From: Thermodesulfobacteriota bacterium
GTDB lineage: Bacteria; Desulfobacterota; Desulfobacteria; Desulfobacterales; SURF-7
Length of the DNA: 64,000 bases
Direction: 5' to 3'
Assembly (NCBI GenBank): GCA_049320885.1
Contig: JBMORA010000009.1
Coordinates: forward strand, 397,882-461,881
The notes under the pieces: generated by a model
Seen by the model: only the letters and a program-made list of their open reading frames with translations
What the model was told of the DNA's origin: nothing
The model's database searches: none
Made by a program: the position numbers and the translations under genes
Shown: one piece after another, positions 38,501-47,914 of the stretch
Layout: each line of letters starts with the position of its first letter
Numbering within the stretch: position 1 is the first letter of the stretch

Positions 38501-38548
38501 AAAAAAACTCCGGCCATGATATCGCTCATCATGCCGGAGGTTGTTTTT
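38501..38548 (-). terminator. Intrinsic terminator-like hairpin
   Basis: Minus strand CTCCGGCATGAT-gagcgat-ATCATGGCCGGAG-TTTTTTT; a T-rich tail also follows on the + strand. Confidence 0.6.
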
Positions 38549-39183
38549 GGGGTCTCGCGAACACCGATGTAGTCATGTCCTGTGCCATGTCGCCAGTGTC
38601 ATATCGGTTGCTTCATCCATAGACAAGTGATGATGGTCGGCACCATAGACCTAATCATATTGTGTGTCAAGAAAAAAATGACACTATATGTGGTATTTTT
38701 TTGGCGGCCGTCCCCTGGCTGATTCTCCTTCTTCGTTACGGTCAGCTGCCGTTATCCTTCCAGGGATGAACCTGATCCAAAGCGACTTGTCATGTCTTGA
38801 TCCGGGCTGCACCGGGTCGTGTTTCGCCGGATAGGACGGTTGTCCTATGACGTGGGCAATAACGCAGGCCGTAATCGGGTTCCGGAGGCTTTTCTCGCCA
38901 AATAATGAATTTATCATATTGAAATAATGTAGATTGATATTTAAACTCCAGGTAAGGGCGGAGAGTGGCATGGATATTGATTGATCATTCTATGGATATG
39001 GTAAGGGAGCTTTCCTTACCCTGGTTCGTTGCTGTTCGCCGGTGTTGGTGCCGGAGAGGCGCATGCCGGCCGATAGTGAAGGGAATCTCAACCCGAATTC
39101 CCATGATTAATGGCGAAATCCGCCTGCGATGGCGTCGGGGCGGGATTCTAAAATGCATTCACTTGATTCAAAGGAGTTCTCGC

Positions 39184-39576
39184 ATGAATACAGGAGGAGG
39201 CAAACGGAGCGTCAAGGAACGCAGGGAGCATGAACGGTACGAATTCGTATCGCCGATCATTTTCCTGTCCGAAAGGAATAAAACGGACAAGCCGGATGGC
39301 AACAAACTGTATACCTATGCGCGGATGCTGAATTACAGCGCTCACGGCTTGTATTTCGAATCCGATTATCGGCTGGAGGCCGGCAGTTGGGTTTTCTTTA
39401 AATTAGCCCGTCTTTCCGACGACGGCTGGAGAAAGGGCGCGTTGCGCGGTTATGGGGCTAAAATCAAGTGGTGCCGTCCACTTGCTTCGACCGAGACATT
39501 CGGTTACGGCATCGGCGCCGAATATGTCAAGCCGTTTACCATCCTGCGATCCGAGTTCGATGTCCTGGTGGAATGA
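39184..39576 (+). CDS. PilZ domain protein
   Basis: ERREHER (RxxxR), NYSAHG (D/NxSxxG), I.WC..Y.IG.E; AAGGAG SD. Confidence 0.8.
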   Translation: MNTGGGKRSVKERREHERYEFVSPIIFLSERNKTDKPDGNKLYTYARMLNYSAHGLYFESDYRLEAGSWVFFKLARLSDDGWRKGALRGYGAKIKWCRPLASTETFGYGIGAEYVKPFTILRSEFDVLVE

Positions 39577-39613
39577 AGACGGGCGAAATGTCCCCGGGGT
39601 GAGCGGTTCCCTG

Positions 39614-39642
39614 TTGACGGGCCGATAAATCGGTTTTATCTT
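39614..39642 (+). promoter_or_regulatory. Putative sigma-70 promoter of the KH-domain gene
   Basis: TTGACG-17 nt-TATCTT. Confidence 0.45.
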
Positions 39643-39834
39643 AAATTAACATTTGAATATTTAAAAAAATTTGATATTTTCTGATTGATCCGATACAATA
39701 CAAATGGAGCTATATGGATATGACTCTGCATCACGAAAGAAACCGGAGGTGTGGGTGAATTTCGTAACGGAACCGCACATGACTTGCTGACCGTGAATGA
39801 GCGAAGGTTAATCTAACAGGAGGAGACGGCGACC

Positions 39835-40065
39835 ATGAAAAATTTGATAGAGTACATTGTGAAAGCGCTGGTTGACAATCCGGATCAGGTGGAAATTTCG
39901 GTGATTGAAGGCAAGGAGACCCTGGTGTTGGAACTGAAGGTGGCCAAAGAGGACATCGGCAAGGTCATCGGGAAGCAGGGTCGCAATGCCAAGGCGCTAC
40001 GCACCATCCTGGACGCTGTTTCGGCCAAAGCCAGAAAACGTTCGGTTCTGGAAATAATCGAGTAA
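39835..40065 (+). CDS. khpA: KH domain RNA-binding protein (KhpA family)
   Basis: LIEYIVKALVD.P..V, D.GKVIGKQGR.A.A.RT; strong AGGAGG SD. Confidence 0.9.
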   Translation: MKNLIEYIVKALVDNPDQVEISVIEGKETLVLELKVAKEDIGKVIGKQGRNAKALRTILDAVSAKARKRSVLEIIE

Positions 40066-40296
40066 CCGCGCAATGATTCCGACAGGCACTCCGGAAAGCC
40101 GGATGCATGCAAGGAAATCCCCGGGATATCACATGATATTCAGTTTATACGCACGCCCATCAGCCTTGGTATCGTCGCCGCAAGGAGTAACACTTCTTCC
40201 CCCGGCGATGGTCTGGAGAAAGGTGAACTTTTACCCAGCAGCGTATTGAAAACCGTCGGAAATAGCGGAGCGAAAAAGTGCTTTTTTCCCGGAATG

Positions 40297-40321
40297 AAGC
40301 CCCGCCCGCGGAGCGGGGCTT
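40297..40321. terminator. Hairpin downstream of cold-shock gene
   Basis: AAGCCCCGC-ccgcgga-GCGGGGCTT. Confidence 0.55.
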
Positions 40322-40343
40322 ATGCATCATATCACGACAATTC

Positions 40344-40544
40344 TCACAGTGGGACTACGTTGTCTGCAGCAGGACCCTTCTTGCCTTCAACGATATCAAA
40401 TTTCACCCTCATGCCTTCTTCAAGAGATTTGAAACCCTGCACCTGGATGGCTGAATAATGTACAAAAACATCCGTGCCGTCTTCTTTTTCAATAAATCCG
40501 AATCCCTTGGAGGCATTAAACCATTTAACAATTCCTTCTGGCAT
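40344..40544 (-). CDS. Cold-shock protein (CspA family)
   Basis: G.VKWFN..KGFGFI (RNP1), DVFVHYSAI (RNP2), GFKSL.EG, KGP.A.NV; AAGGAG SD. Confidence 0.96.
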   Translation of the reverse strand: MPEGIVKWFNASKGFGFIEKEDGTDVFVHYSAIQVQGFKSLEEGMRVKFDIVEGKKGPAADNVVPL

Positions 40545-40809
40545 GTTCACTTACTCCTTTATTGTCGGTTTCGCAGGGAAACCACTTGATGAAATGATCG
40601 CCGAATGCACCTTCGGCTGTCCCGCAGACATCTCGTCTGTTCAAAAAAAAACCGCTTTCCTCCATAAGGCGAAGGTTGTGCGGTTGTTTGAGAATCACGG
40701 TATTTCGAACAGACACTGCACATTTAAACCCGATATCACATCTTCATGTAAAAGCAAAGAGTTTTTTCGCTAGCGCGAAATGGTATGAAAAAAGAAAATT
40801 ATTAATTGT

Positions 40810-41292
40810 TTAGGCGAGTTCTATCTTCAGCCAATTCTTGCACATATGATAGTACACTTCCGAAAGATATACAATGCCAATGATTTTATCATGTTCCAGA
40901 ACAGGCAACCGTCGGATCTTTTCCTTTACCATGCGATCAATAATGACCATCAGATCGTCTTCCGCTGTAACGGAACTTACCGGTGAGTGCATCACCTGTT
41001 CGGCTTTCAGGCCCTTGAACCGTTGGATGTAGTAATTCAACTCCTCTTGTCCGAATTGAATCGCATCCACCATGCAGTTTAAAATCGGCGGTCGCATGTG
41101 ATATAAAATATCAAACATGGACAGAACTCCAACCAGGTTTCCATAGCGATTGACAACCATGACGCTAACGGTTTTGTGTCCGGTCGCTCTCGTTTTTCCG
41201 TTAAAAATCAAGCGTACCGCCTGTTCAACGGGGGCGTCGCATTGGATCGTGTCAAATTCCGTAACCATGATGTCTCTGGCGGTCAGTTTCAT
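40810..41292 (-). CDS. CBS domain pair protein
   Basis: ARDIM, LVGVLS..D, VM..PV, IRRLPV, IGIV...E. Confidence 0.88.
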   Translation of the reverse strand: MKLTARDIMVTEFDTIQCDAPVEQAVRLIFNGKTRATGHKTVSVMVVNRYGNLVGVLSMFDILYHMRPPILNCMVDAIQFGQEELNYYIQRFKGLKAEQVMHSPVSSVTAEDDLMVIIDRMVKEKIRRLPVLEHDKIIGIVYLSEVYYHMCKNWLKIELA

Positions 41293-41306
41293 TCACCATT
41301 CCTTTA

Positions 41307-41648
41307 CTATTCGAAAAGCCACGTCGTGTATTGTTCCAGATCTGTCTGAATCATCTTCTGTTTTTTGGGACCGTCCGGCAGGGAACGGGCTATGGTCTGG
41401 TTGGGGTACTCCGCCCAAGCCAATATATCCCGATAATCCCTTTTGGCACTGACTGTCGTTTCTTTCAGGCATTCGAGATCCGCGCCGGCCAGTTTCAAGA
41501 TCGCCAGCCGGACTCTATCCGGCTCCAGATCGGAAGCCTCCTTCCCGTATTCGGACAGCACGGCATGGGCTTGTTCCTGCTGTTGGGGATCTGGAAACAA
41601 ATCCGCCACCTTTTTCAGTAAGATTTGCTTTTCATTATACTCCGGCAT
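41307..41648 (-). CDS. Hypothetical protein
   Basis: 113 aa ORF co-oriented with the CBS gene (RV.LAILKL.., A..DYRDILAWAEYP); AAGGA SD. Confidence 0.65.
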   Translation of the reverse strand: MPEYNEKQILLKKVADLFPDPQQQEQAHAVLSEYGKEASDLEPDRVRLAILKLAGADLECLKETTVSAKRDYRDILAWAEYPNQTIARSLPDGPKKQKMIQTDLEQYTTWLFE

Positions 41649-41821
41649 GCGTCATCCTTTTCGCAGAAGCAGAACAGAACCGATGGGCCGTCCAGCCATA
41701 TTCCCCGCCACGAGGGTCTGTTTGTCATATGTTATGAATTGTTAGCACAATCTGCGGCCGAAAGTCAAAAAATAACAAGGCCCGGGCGATGTCGCAACCA
41801 ACCGTTATATGGCGCGGAAGT

Positions 41822-42373
41822 TTATGGGGCCGGTGACCGTGAGTCGGTTCTGACTCCGATATAAATGTAATGAAAACCCGAAACGACGGTAAGCAAGGCG
41901 GTGCCGCCGTAAAGCCAATCGGTGCATATCTCCGGGATGAATGCTGGCCGGACCTGTCGAAATAATTCGCCTGAAATGGTGAAAAACTGTAGGCAGGTGT
42001 TGCATTTACTGATGATGCTGGGCTTGACGGCAATTCGGACGTCGGAAGCCCGCAAGACGCCATATCCCAGCAGAATGACAACATCGCGGCTGATGACGAT
42101 GACGGTCAACCAGCTGGGGGTGATTCCCATGATCGATAGGCAGGTGAAAGCGGAAACGACCAGCAGCTTGTCGGCAATGGGATCGATCATGGCGCCGATG
42201 GATGTCCGTTGATTCAGCATCCTTGCCAGAAATCCGTCCAGCGCGTCGCTTATTGCTGCAACAGCGAATAATGACAGGGCCCAGGTGAACCCGTGGTTCT
42301 GCATGGTGATGATGAATACCGGTATCAACAGCAGTCGAATCAGGGTGATGATGTTGGGAATCGTTACAGCCAA
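41822..42373 (-). CDS. pgsA: CDP-alcohol phosphatidyltransferase (PgsA/cardiolipin synthase family)
   Basis: IPN.IT..R, SD.LDG.LAR...TS.GA..DP.ADK, RD. Confidence 0.85.
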   Translation of the reverse strand: MAVTIPNIITLIRLLLIPVFIITMQNHGFTWALSLFAVAAISDALDGFLARMLNQRTSIGAMIDPIADKLLVVSAFTCLSIMGITPSWLTVIVISRDVVILLGYGVLRASDVRIAVKPSIISKCNTCLQFFTISGELFRQVRPAFIPEICTDWLYGGTALLTVVSGFHYIYIGVRTDSRSPAP

Positions 42374-42395
42374 TTTGTATCCCGTGCCTCTATTG

Positions 42396-43673
42396 TCATT
42401 CCGCCGGTTGAAGTTGCTGGGCGTTTGCCGATGTCCGGCCTGCCGGAACCAGTTCGATGGTTATGCGATCGTCGCTGATTTCCGCGATATTGATGCCGAA
42501 TCCCTCAAAGGGCTTCAGCAGCAGGGATTGGGCCAACTGACGTGGTTCCTTAGAGTAGCTGACCTTGAGAACAGCCTCGCCGGCCTTCATTTCGCTGACC
42601 TGTATGGTCTGGACGTCGCTGATCTCCGTCAGCGCCTTTCGGAGTTTGACGAGATGGGTCAGGAGTTGGGCCCCTGTAACGACAACGGTGACAAAGTTGC
42701 TTTCTTTTTGTTGGGTTTTCAATGCCGCAATGATTTGCAACCCAAGGTCTTCAGCGGCGCTCTCGCCGGCGCGCAAGATGGATTCCCGTTCTCCAATCGT
42801 CGGGTCAGGCCCGACGCCGACATTATTTTTAAGGGTGACGGCGATTTCTTCACCGGTTTTAACCCAGATCGCTCTGGCAGAAATGGTTCCCCTGTAGGTC
42901 TGGATGTCGTTGCCCATGCTGTTTCCGGCCGGTTCCGCATATGCGCTTCCCAGGATGAATACATCGGCATGAAAATATTCAGCCAATGCCTGGGCCGCCT
43001 GATTGGAAGGTTCGGGGGTATTTAATTCCGGACTGTTCAAGGAGGATGGAAAGATATCGGGTGTAACGACCGTAAAACCTTGTTTCTGCATTTTTTCCGC
43101 CATGGCTTGTTCCGCGGTTGTTTTCGTGAACGGAATGCCCGCCTGCCACCAAAAGACGGTTTTTCCTGCGCTGATATCACGCTCGGCCATCAAAAAAAGA
43201 ATCTTCGGCAGGTCGATTTTGCCGGCGCTCAGTCCGAGTTTCGATAGATATGCCTTGATGCGGTGAAGAGCGATATCGGCTTCCACCAGCACACGATAGT
43301 TGTTTTTAAATTTCGTTTCACTAAGAACACGGTATCCAAGGACAAATTCATTTATCTGACCGTAAATGGCTTCGTTCAACCGCGGAAAATTGTCATGGAT
43401 CGTCTCAATGGGCATGAGACCGGTGACAGCCAGGCTTACGGCGGAAACGAGACCGTCATTGATGGCCAGTTCCCGCGCGACGGCTGTATTCTCTTTTTGA
43501 ATTCCACCTGTTCCCATTACCAGAACCGTTTTGACTTCTCCGGCTTCCCGGGCGTGAACGGCGTCTATCGCTGTCAGGAAGGGTGCAAGGCCGAAAGCGG
43601 TGAACCAAAGGATAATCAGCGGTAAGGGAAAAAAATTCCGCCTGGATGCTGTTATGGTATGACGAGTGATCAT
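42396..43673 (-). CDS. Exported hypothetical protein (FlgT N-terminal-like)
   Basis: Signal peptide/TM, G.G...ARE.AI...L..AV pattern; long ORF in the rimO-ispB-pgsA run. Confidence 0.6.
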   Translation of the reverse strand: MITRHTITASRRNFFPLPLIILWFTAFGLAPFLTAIDAVHAREAGEVKTVLVMGTGGIQKENTAVARELAINDGLVSAVSLAVTGLMPIETIHDNFPRLNEAIYGQINEFVLGYRVLSETKFKNNYRVLVEADIALHRIKAYLSKLGLSAGKIDLPKILFLMAERDISAGKTVFWWQAGIPFTKTTAEQAMAEKMQKQGFTVVTPDIFPSSLNSPELNTPEPSNQAAQALAEYFHADVFILGSAYAEPAGNSMGNDIQTYRGTISARAIWVKTGEEIAVTLKNNVGVGPDPTIGERESILRAGESAAEDLGLQIIAALKTQQKESNFVTVVVTGAQLLTHLVKLRKALTEISDVQTIQVSEMKAGEAVLKVSYSKEPRQLAQSLLLKPFEGFGINIAEISDDRITIELVPAGRTSANAQQLQPAE

Positions 43674-43769
43674 GTATTCCTACCCCCATGCCCGGTTTTC
43701 AGTTAACAAATGTGACGAAACCCGACAGGCGTCCGGCCGCGGGTAATTCGGAGATTTGCTCGTTCGGTG

Positions 43770-44750
43770 TCAGTCCCTTCTCATCAGAGTGTAATCCGCA
43801 AGCAGGAATAACAAGTCCCTGGTTTCGGACGGCTGAAACAAGGCAAGGGCCGTTTTCGCCGCAGTTACATAATCAGCCGCGAGCCTCCGTGTATAATCGA
43901 TTCCCCCATATGTTTCCAGCAGCTGAATGAGATCAACAAGTTCCTGGTGGGAGGGGTTCCCATGGGTGATGATCGATTCCATCCGGCGCCGATTTTCCGG
44001 GGATGCCTTCCGCAGAGAATAAATAAGGGGCAGGGTCATTTTGCCCTCTCGTAAATCAGCGCCGATTTCCTTGCCGAGTATCTTTGAGTCGGCAAGATAG
44101 TCCAGCAGATCGTCGGCCATCTGAAAAGCCATCCCCAATTTCAAACCGAAATCCGCCAAAGCCGCGGTTTTGTCCGGCGGGGCTCCGGCAACGAGCGCCC
44201 CGGTATGGCAGGCCCCCTGGATCAGGGCGGCGGTCTTGCGGCGAATGACTTCTATATACTGGTCTTCCGACAGGTGAATGTTGCCTTTGCTGATCAGCTG
44301 GTGAATTTCCCCCTGGGACATGTCTTCCGTGATGGCGCCGATGGATTGAATGACTTCTATTTTCCCCGTTGCCGCGGCGATGGACAGGGATCTGGCCAAA
44401 AGAAAATCCCCCACCAGGACGGCCGCGGCGTTTCCGTAAACCGTATTCGCCGCGGGTTTTCCTCGCCGAATGGCGGCCTCGTCCACGAGGTCGTCATGCA
44501 GCAGGGTGGCGGCATGAAGATATTCAAAAATCACGGAAAAAGTTTTGTCATAACTGCCTTTGTATCCGCACAGTCGGGCGGAAAGAACCATGAGCAGCGG
44601 GCGGAATCGTTTGCCGCCGCTGAACAGGATATGGCCGGCCACTTTTTCAACCAAATCGAGATACGTGTTCAGGTTGTGGCGCAGCGCCTGTTCTATTTCC
44701 TCCAGATCGTCGGCTGCGAGAGCCAGAATGTCGGCTTTCAGGTTGCGCAT
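43770..44750 (-). CDS. ispB: Polyprenyl (octaprenyl) diphosphate synthase
   Basis: GGKRFRP, HDDLVD...RRG (FARM), VLVGDFL, KTA, FQMADDLLD (SARM), DLREGK.TLP. Confidence 0.9.
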   Translation of the reverse strand: MRNLKADILALAADDLEEIEQALRHNLNTYLDLVEKVAGHILFSGGKRFRPLLMVLSARLCGYKGSYDKTFSVIFEYLHAATLLHDDLVDEAAIRRGKPAANTVYGNAAAVLVGDFLLARSLSIAAATGKIEVIQSIGAITEDMSQGEIHQLISKGNIHLSEDQYIEVIRRKTAALIQGACHTGALVAGAPPDKTAALADFGLKLGMAFQMADDLLDYLADSKILGKEIGADLREGKMTLPLIYSLRKASPENRRRMESIITHGNPSHQELVDLIQLLETYGGIDYTRRLAADYVTAAKTALALFQPSETRDLLFLLADYTLMRRD

Positions 44751-46069
44751 GTCCGCTCTCCGAAAAGATCATAATCCTGGGCATCGGTTATGGTGACTTG
44801 TACGATATCTCCGCTGGAAAGAAACGGGGAACGGACATAGGTGAGTCCATCCACTTCCGGGGCTTGAAAAACCGTGCGTCCGAACGGAACGCCTTCCTCG
44901 CTTTGTCCTTCAATTAACACCGCGTATTCCCGCCCGATCCGGCGCTGGTTGATTCCAAGGGAGATATCCGCCTGACAGGTCATGATGGACTCCCTTCTGC
45001 CGGCAGCAGTACGGGGGTTCACCTTGCGGGACAGATGATAGGACGGCAGTTCTTCCGCATCGGAATAGGTGAACGCGCCTAAATGATCGAAGCGGACTTC
45101 TTGTATGAAATCGAGAAGCGTCTTGAAATCGGTGGCGGTTTCTCCCGGAAAACCGACAATGACCGTGGTGCGCAGGGAGGCGTCCGGCACATATTTTCGA
45201 ATCCTGTCGAACAGTCGTATCAAGTCGCGTCTGGTGTAATTGCGTCCCATCCGTTTCAGCACCGGATCGCTGGCGTGTTGGATGGGTATATCGAAATACG
45301 AGCATATATTGGGATGCTCGGCAACCGTCTGTAATACTGAATCCTGAATGGATTCTGGATGACCGTATAGAAATCGAATCCAGGTATCCGGATTGGCGGC
45401 GGCGAGATTCGCGAGCAGATCGGCGAGGCCAGCTGGGGGTTCGAGATCGTTGCCATAGGCGGTGGTATCCTGGGCCACCAGAACCAATTCCCTGGTCCCC
45501 GCAGCGACAAAGGCTCCGGCTTCTTCCAAGATATGCGCCGTCTGCCTGCTGCGATGTCGTCCCCTCAGCCTGGGAATCATGCAATAAGTGCAGTGTTTGC
45601 TACAGCCTTCGGCGATTTTGAGATATGCCGCTGGAAACGTAGTGGGCGTTCTCCGCGGCGATTCATGGCCGATCTCCCTTGTATCCGGATCCGGTAAAAT
45701 ACAGGGGCGCGATTCCCTTTCCAGATTGTTTTGGATAATGGTTACGATCTGTTCGTAGGTTCCGGTTCCGAGAAATAGATCCACTTCCGGAAGGGACTCC
45801 GCCAGTTCCTGGCGGTATCTCTCCGGCAGGCATCCTGCCACCACCAGCTTGCGGCGGGGGTCGCTTTTCTTGTATTCGGCGAGTTCCAGGATGGTATCGA
45901 TGGATTCCTCCACGGCTGTTTCTATGAAACTGCAGGTATTGACGACAATGACCTCCGCCATGGACGGTTCTTGCACAATCTCCCAGCCGGCAAGGGAAAA
46001 GCCGGCCAGCATTATTTCGCTGTCCACTAAATTCCTGGCACAGCCAAGGCTGACCAGGTGGATTTTCAT
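44738..46069 (-). CDS. rimO: Ribosomal protein S12 methylthiotransferase
   Basis: SLGCARNLVDSE, NTCSFI, GCL.ERY, KIAEGC...CTYC.IP, P.QH, IVGFPGET, APEVDG (TRAM). Confidence 0.95.
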   Translation of the reverse strand: MKIHLVSLGCARNLVDSEIMLAGFSLAGWEIVQEPSMAEVIVVNTCSFIETAVEESIDTILELAEYKKSDPRRKLVVAGCLPERYRQELAESLPEVDLFLGTGTYEQIVTIIQNNLERESRPCILPDPDTREIGHESPRRTPTTFPAAYLKIAEGCSKHCTYCMIPRLRGRHRSRQTAHILEEAGAFVAAGTRELVLVAQDTTAYGNDLEPPAGLADLLANLAAANPDTWIRFLYGHPESIQDSVLQTVAEHPNICSYFDIPIQHASDPVLKRMGRNYTRRDLIRLFDRIRKYVPDASLRTTVIVGFPGETATDFKTLLDFIQEVRFDHLGAFTYSDAEELPSYHLSRKVNPRTAAGRRESIMTCQADISLGINQRRIGREYAVLIEGQSEEGVPFGRTVFQAPEVDGLTYVRSPFLSSGDIVQVTITDAQDYDLFGERTCAT

Positions 46070-46125
46070 TGGTCGATATGAGGGCAACCTTCGGTCCCCG
46101 ATCCTCAAGAGTTGGAAATCAGCTG

Positions 46126-46947
46126 TCAGCTGCCGGTAAAAATCGGTTTTCGTTTTTCCGAGAAAGCGGTAACCGCCTCCATGAGGTCATTGGAGGGGAT
46201 GATATTGGCACTGATGGAAGCCACATACCGCAGCCCGTCTTCAACGGATTTGCCGATACCGTAATTGAATACCTCTTTGCTTGCCTGTACAGCCAGGGGT
46301 GAATTTCCGGCGATCTCCATTGCCAGCTTTTCCGCATTTTCGAGCAATGAATCCCGATTTTCGTAGACCTCATTGACCAGCAGGATTTCCTTGGCCCTGG
46401 CCGCCGTGATGTTCCTGGCGGTATAGGCCAGTTCTCTGGCATGTCCCTGGCCGACGATCAGGGGAATCCGCTGGAGCACACCCACATCCGCCACAAACCC
46501 CACCGCCGCTTCCCGCAGGGAAAAAACGGCATCGGCGGAGGCCAGCCTTATATCACAGGCTGTCGCCATGTCAAGCCCGGCGCCGATACAGTAATTGTGA
46601 ATGGCGGCGATGACCGGTTTGCGGCATGTTTCGATACAGGTGATGGTTTCCTGGAGTTCTCTGATCTTGGGGATGAGCTTCCATTTGATCCCGCCCCGCT
46701 GACCGCTGTCCATCAGTTCCGGCAATTCCGGCATCATGCCGATGAGATCGATTCCGGCCGAGAAGCAGGGGCCGTTTCCGGCGATGATGACCACACGGAT
46801 ATCCGGGTCCTGATCCAGATCGGCAAAAATCAGCGGGCTCTCCCGCCAGGCCGGAGGATTCATGGCGTTTTTCTTTTCCGGCCGATTCAGGTACACCCAG
46901 GCAATGGGCGGTTTTTTCTCCACCAGGTAAAATTTGTATTCTTTCAT
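46126..46947 (-). CDS. Enoyl-CoA hydratase/isomerase (dienoyl-CoA isomerase-like)
   Basis: LNRPEKKNAM, FSAGIDL, CIGAGLD...ACDIR, RE...G..ADVG.LQR; AAGGAG SD. Confidence 0.9.
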   Translation of the reverse strand: MKEYKFYLVEKKPPIAWVYLNRPEKKNAMNPPAWRESPLIFADLDQDPDIRVVIIAGNGPCFSAGIDLIGMMPELPELMDSGQRGGIKWKLIPKIRELQETITCIETCRKPVIAAIHNYCIGAGLDMATACDIRLASADAVFSLREAAVGFVADVGVLQRIPLIVGQGHARELAYTARNITAARAKEILLVNEVYENRDSLLENAEKLAMEIAGNSPLAVQASKEVFNYGIGKSVEDGLRYVASISANIIPSNDLMEAVTAFSEKRKPIFTGS

Positions 46948-47125
46948 CGGTGACTCCTTCAAGGTTCGATGTGGTCGTGTCTTCACCAGGCCGGTCCGTT
47001 GGCGCTTCGAAATCCATCGATGACGAGCGGATCGAATCGCTTCCGTCTTACCATAAGACCGCGATATTATCAAAGACATGTTGACCGCAAAAAAGATTGA
47101 CATCCTTCGGGTATAACGCTATTCG

Positions 47126-47143
47126 TATGAACAATTGATCATA
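47126..47143. promoter_or_regulatory. ArsR/SmtB-type operator
   Basis: Near-palindrome TATGAACAATTGATCATA between TTGACA (47097) and the arsR-family start; resembles SmtB/CadC TGAA..TTCA boxes. Confidence 0.7.
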
Positions 47144-47154
47144 TATGAGGATGA

Positions 47155-47520
47155 ATGGAGATCCAGGAAAACAAAGATATCTGTCAGGCGCTATGGGTTC
47201 ATACGGAACGGGTCGCCCAGGTCAAAAAAGCGATGCATGCCGATGGTCTTTTATTGGAATTGGCCGAAGTTTTCAAAGTGTTGGGGGATCATACCCGGGT
47301 TCGGATCCTTCACGCCCTTTCCCTGGCGGAATTGTGCGTATGCGATATTTCCCTGCTGCTTGCGGTAAGTCCTTCGGCGGTCTCCCATCAGCTGCGGATC
47401 CTTCGGGCCGCGAAGATCGTCCGGTTCCGTAAGGAGGGTAAAAATGTGTATTACAGTCTGGATGACGAGCATGTCTTCAATCTGATCAGTGAAGGCATGG
47501 CCCATGTGCGGGAGGGATAG
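47155..47520 (+). CDS. ArsR/SmtB family metal-sensing repressor (CadC/ZiaR-like)
   Basis: FK.LGD.TR..I, ELCVCDI, SAVSHQLR.L, YSLDDEHV...H..E. Confidence 0.92.
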   Translation: MEIQENKDICQALWVHTERVAQVKKAMHADGLLLELAEVFKVLGDHTRVRILHALSLAELCVCDISLLLAVSPSAVSHQLRILRAAKIVRFRKEGKNVYYSLDDEHVFNLISEGMAHVREG

Positions 47521-47675
47521 GGTTTTGGACAGTGTTGACAAGCTTCGAAGGTCGACTTATTTTCACAGCCTGGCTTTCAGGCCCGTAGCGGTTATCGTCA
47601 GATCAGGCGGGCGTCGCGGCGGGTTTGTCGCGCCTGCGCCGAAAAGTTCGTACAAGCATGGGAGTATGCCGGCAT

Positions 47676-47903
47676 ATGCAGCTGAGCGAAATGAAAGAAG
47701 GGCAGCGGGGGGTCATCACCCGCATCGGCGGTAACGGCCCCTTGCGTCGCCGCATTCTGGAAATGGGCATGTTGAAGGGCACGGAAGTGTACGTGGAAAA
47801 ATACGCCCCTCTCAAGGATCCCGTGGAACTGATCGTCAAAGACTATCATGTTTCCCTGCGGGTGGAAGAGGCCGCCCAGATTTCGGTGGATCTCATTCGA
47901 TAA
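47676..47903 (+). CDS. feoA: Ferrous iron transport protein A
   Basis: L.EM..G..G.I, RRR..EMG...G, APL.DP, .SLR..EA..I.V. Confidence 0.93.
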   Translation: MQLSEMKEGQRGVITRIGGNGPLRRRILEMGMLKGTEVYVEKYAPLKDPVELIVKDYHVSLRVEEAAQISVDLIR

Positions 47904-47914
47904 GGAAACCCGCC

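Noticed and set aside
38715..38800. GAACCTGATCC resembling a TPP riboswitch core
   Set aside because: Lacks CTGAGA, ACCC and GCGNAGG elements; no thiamine gene downstream.
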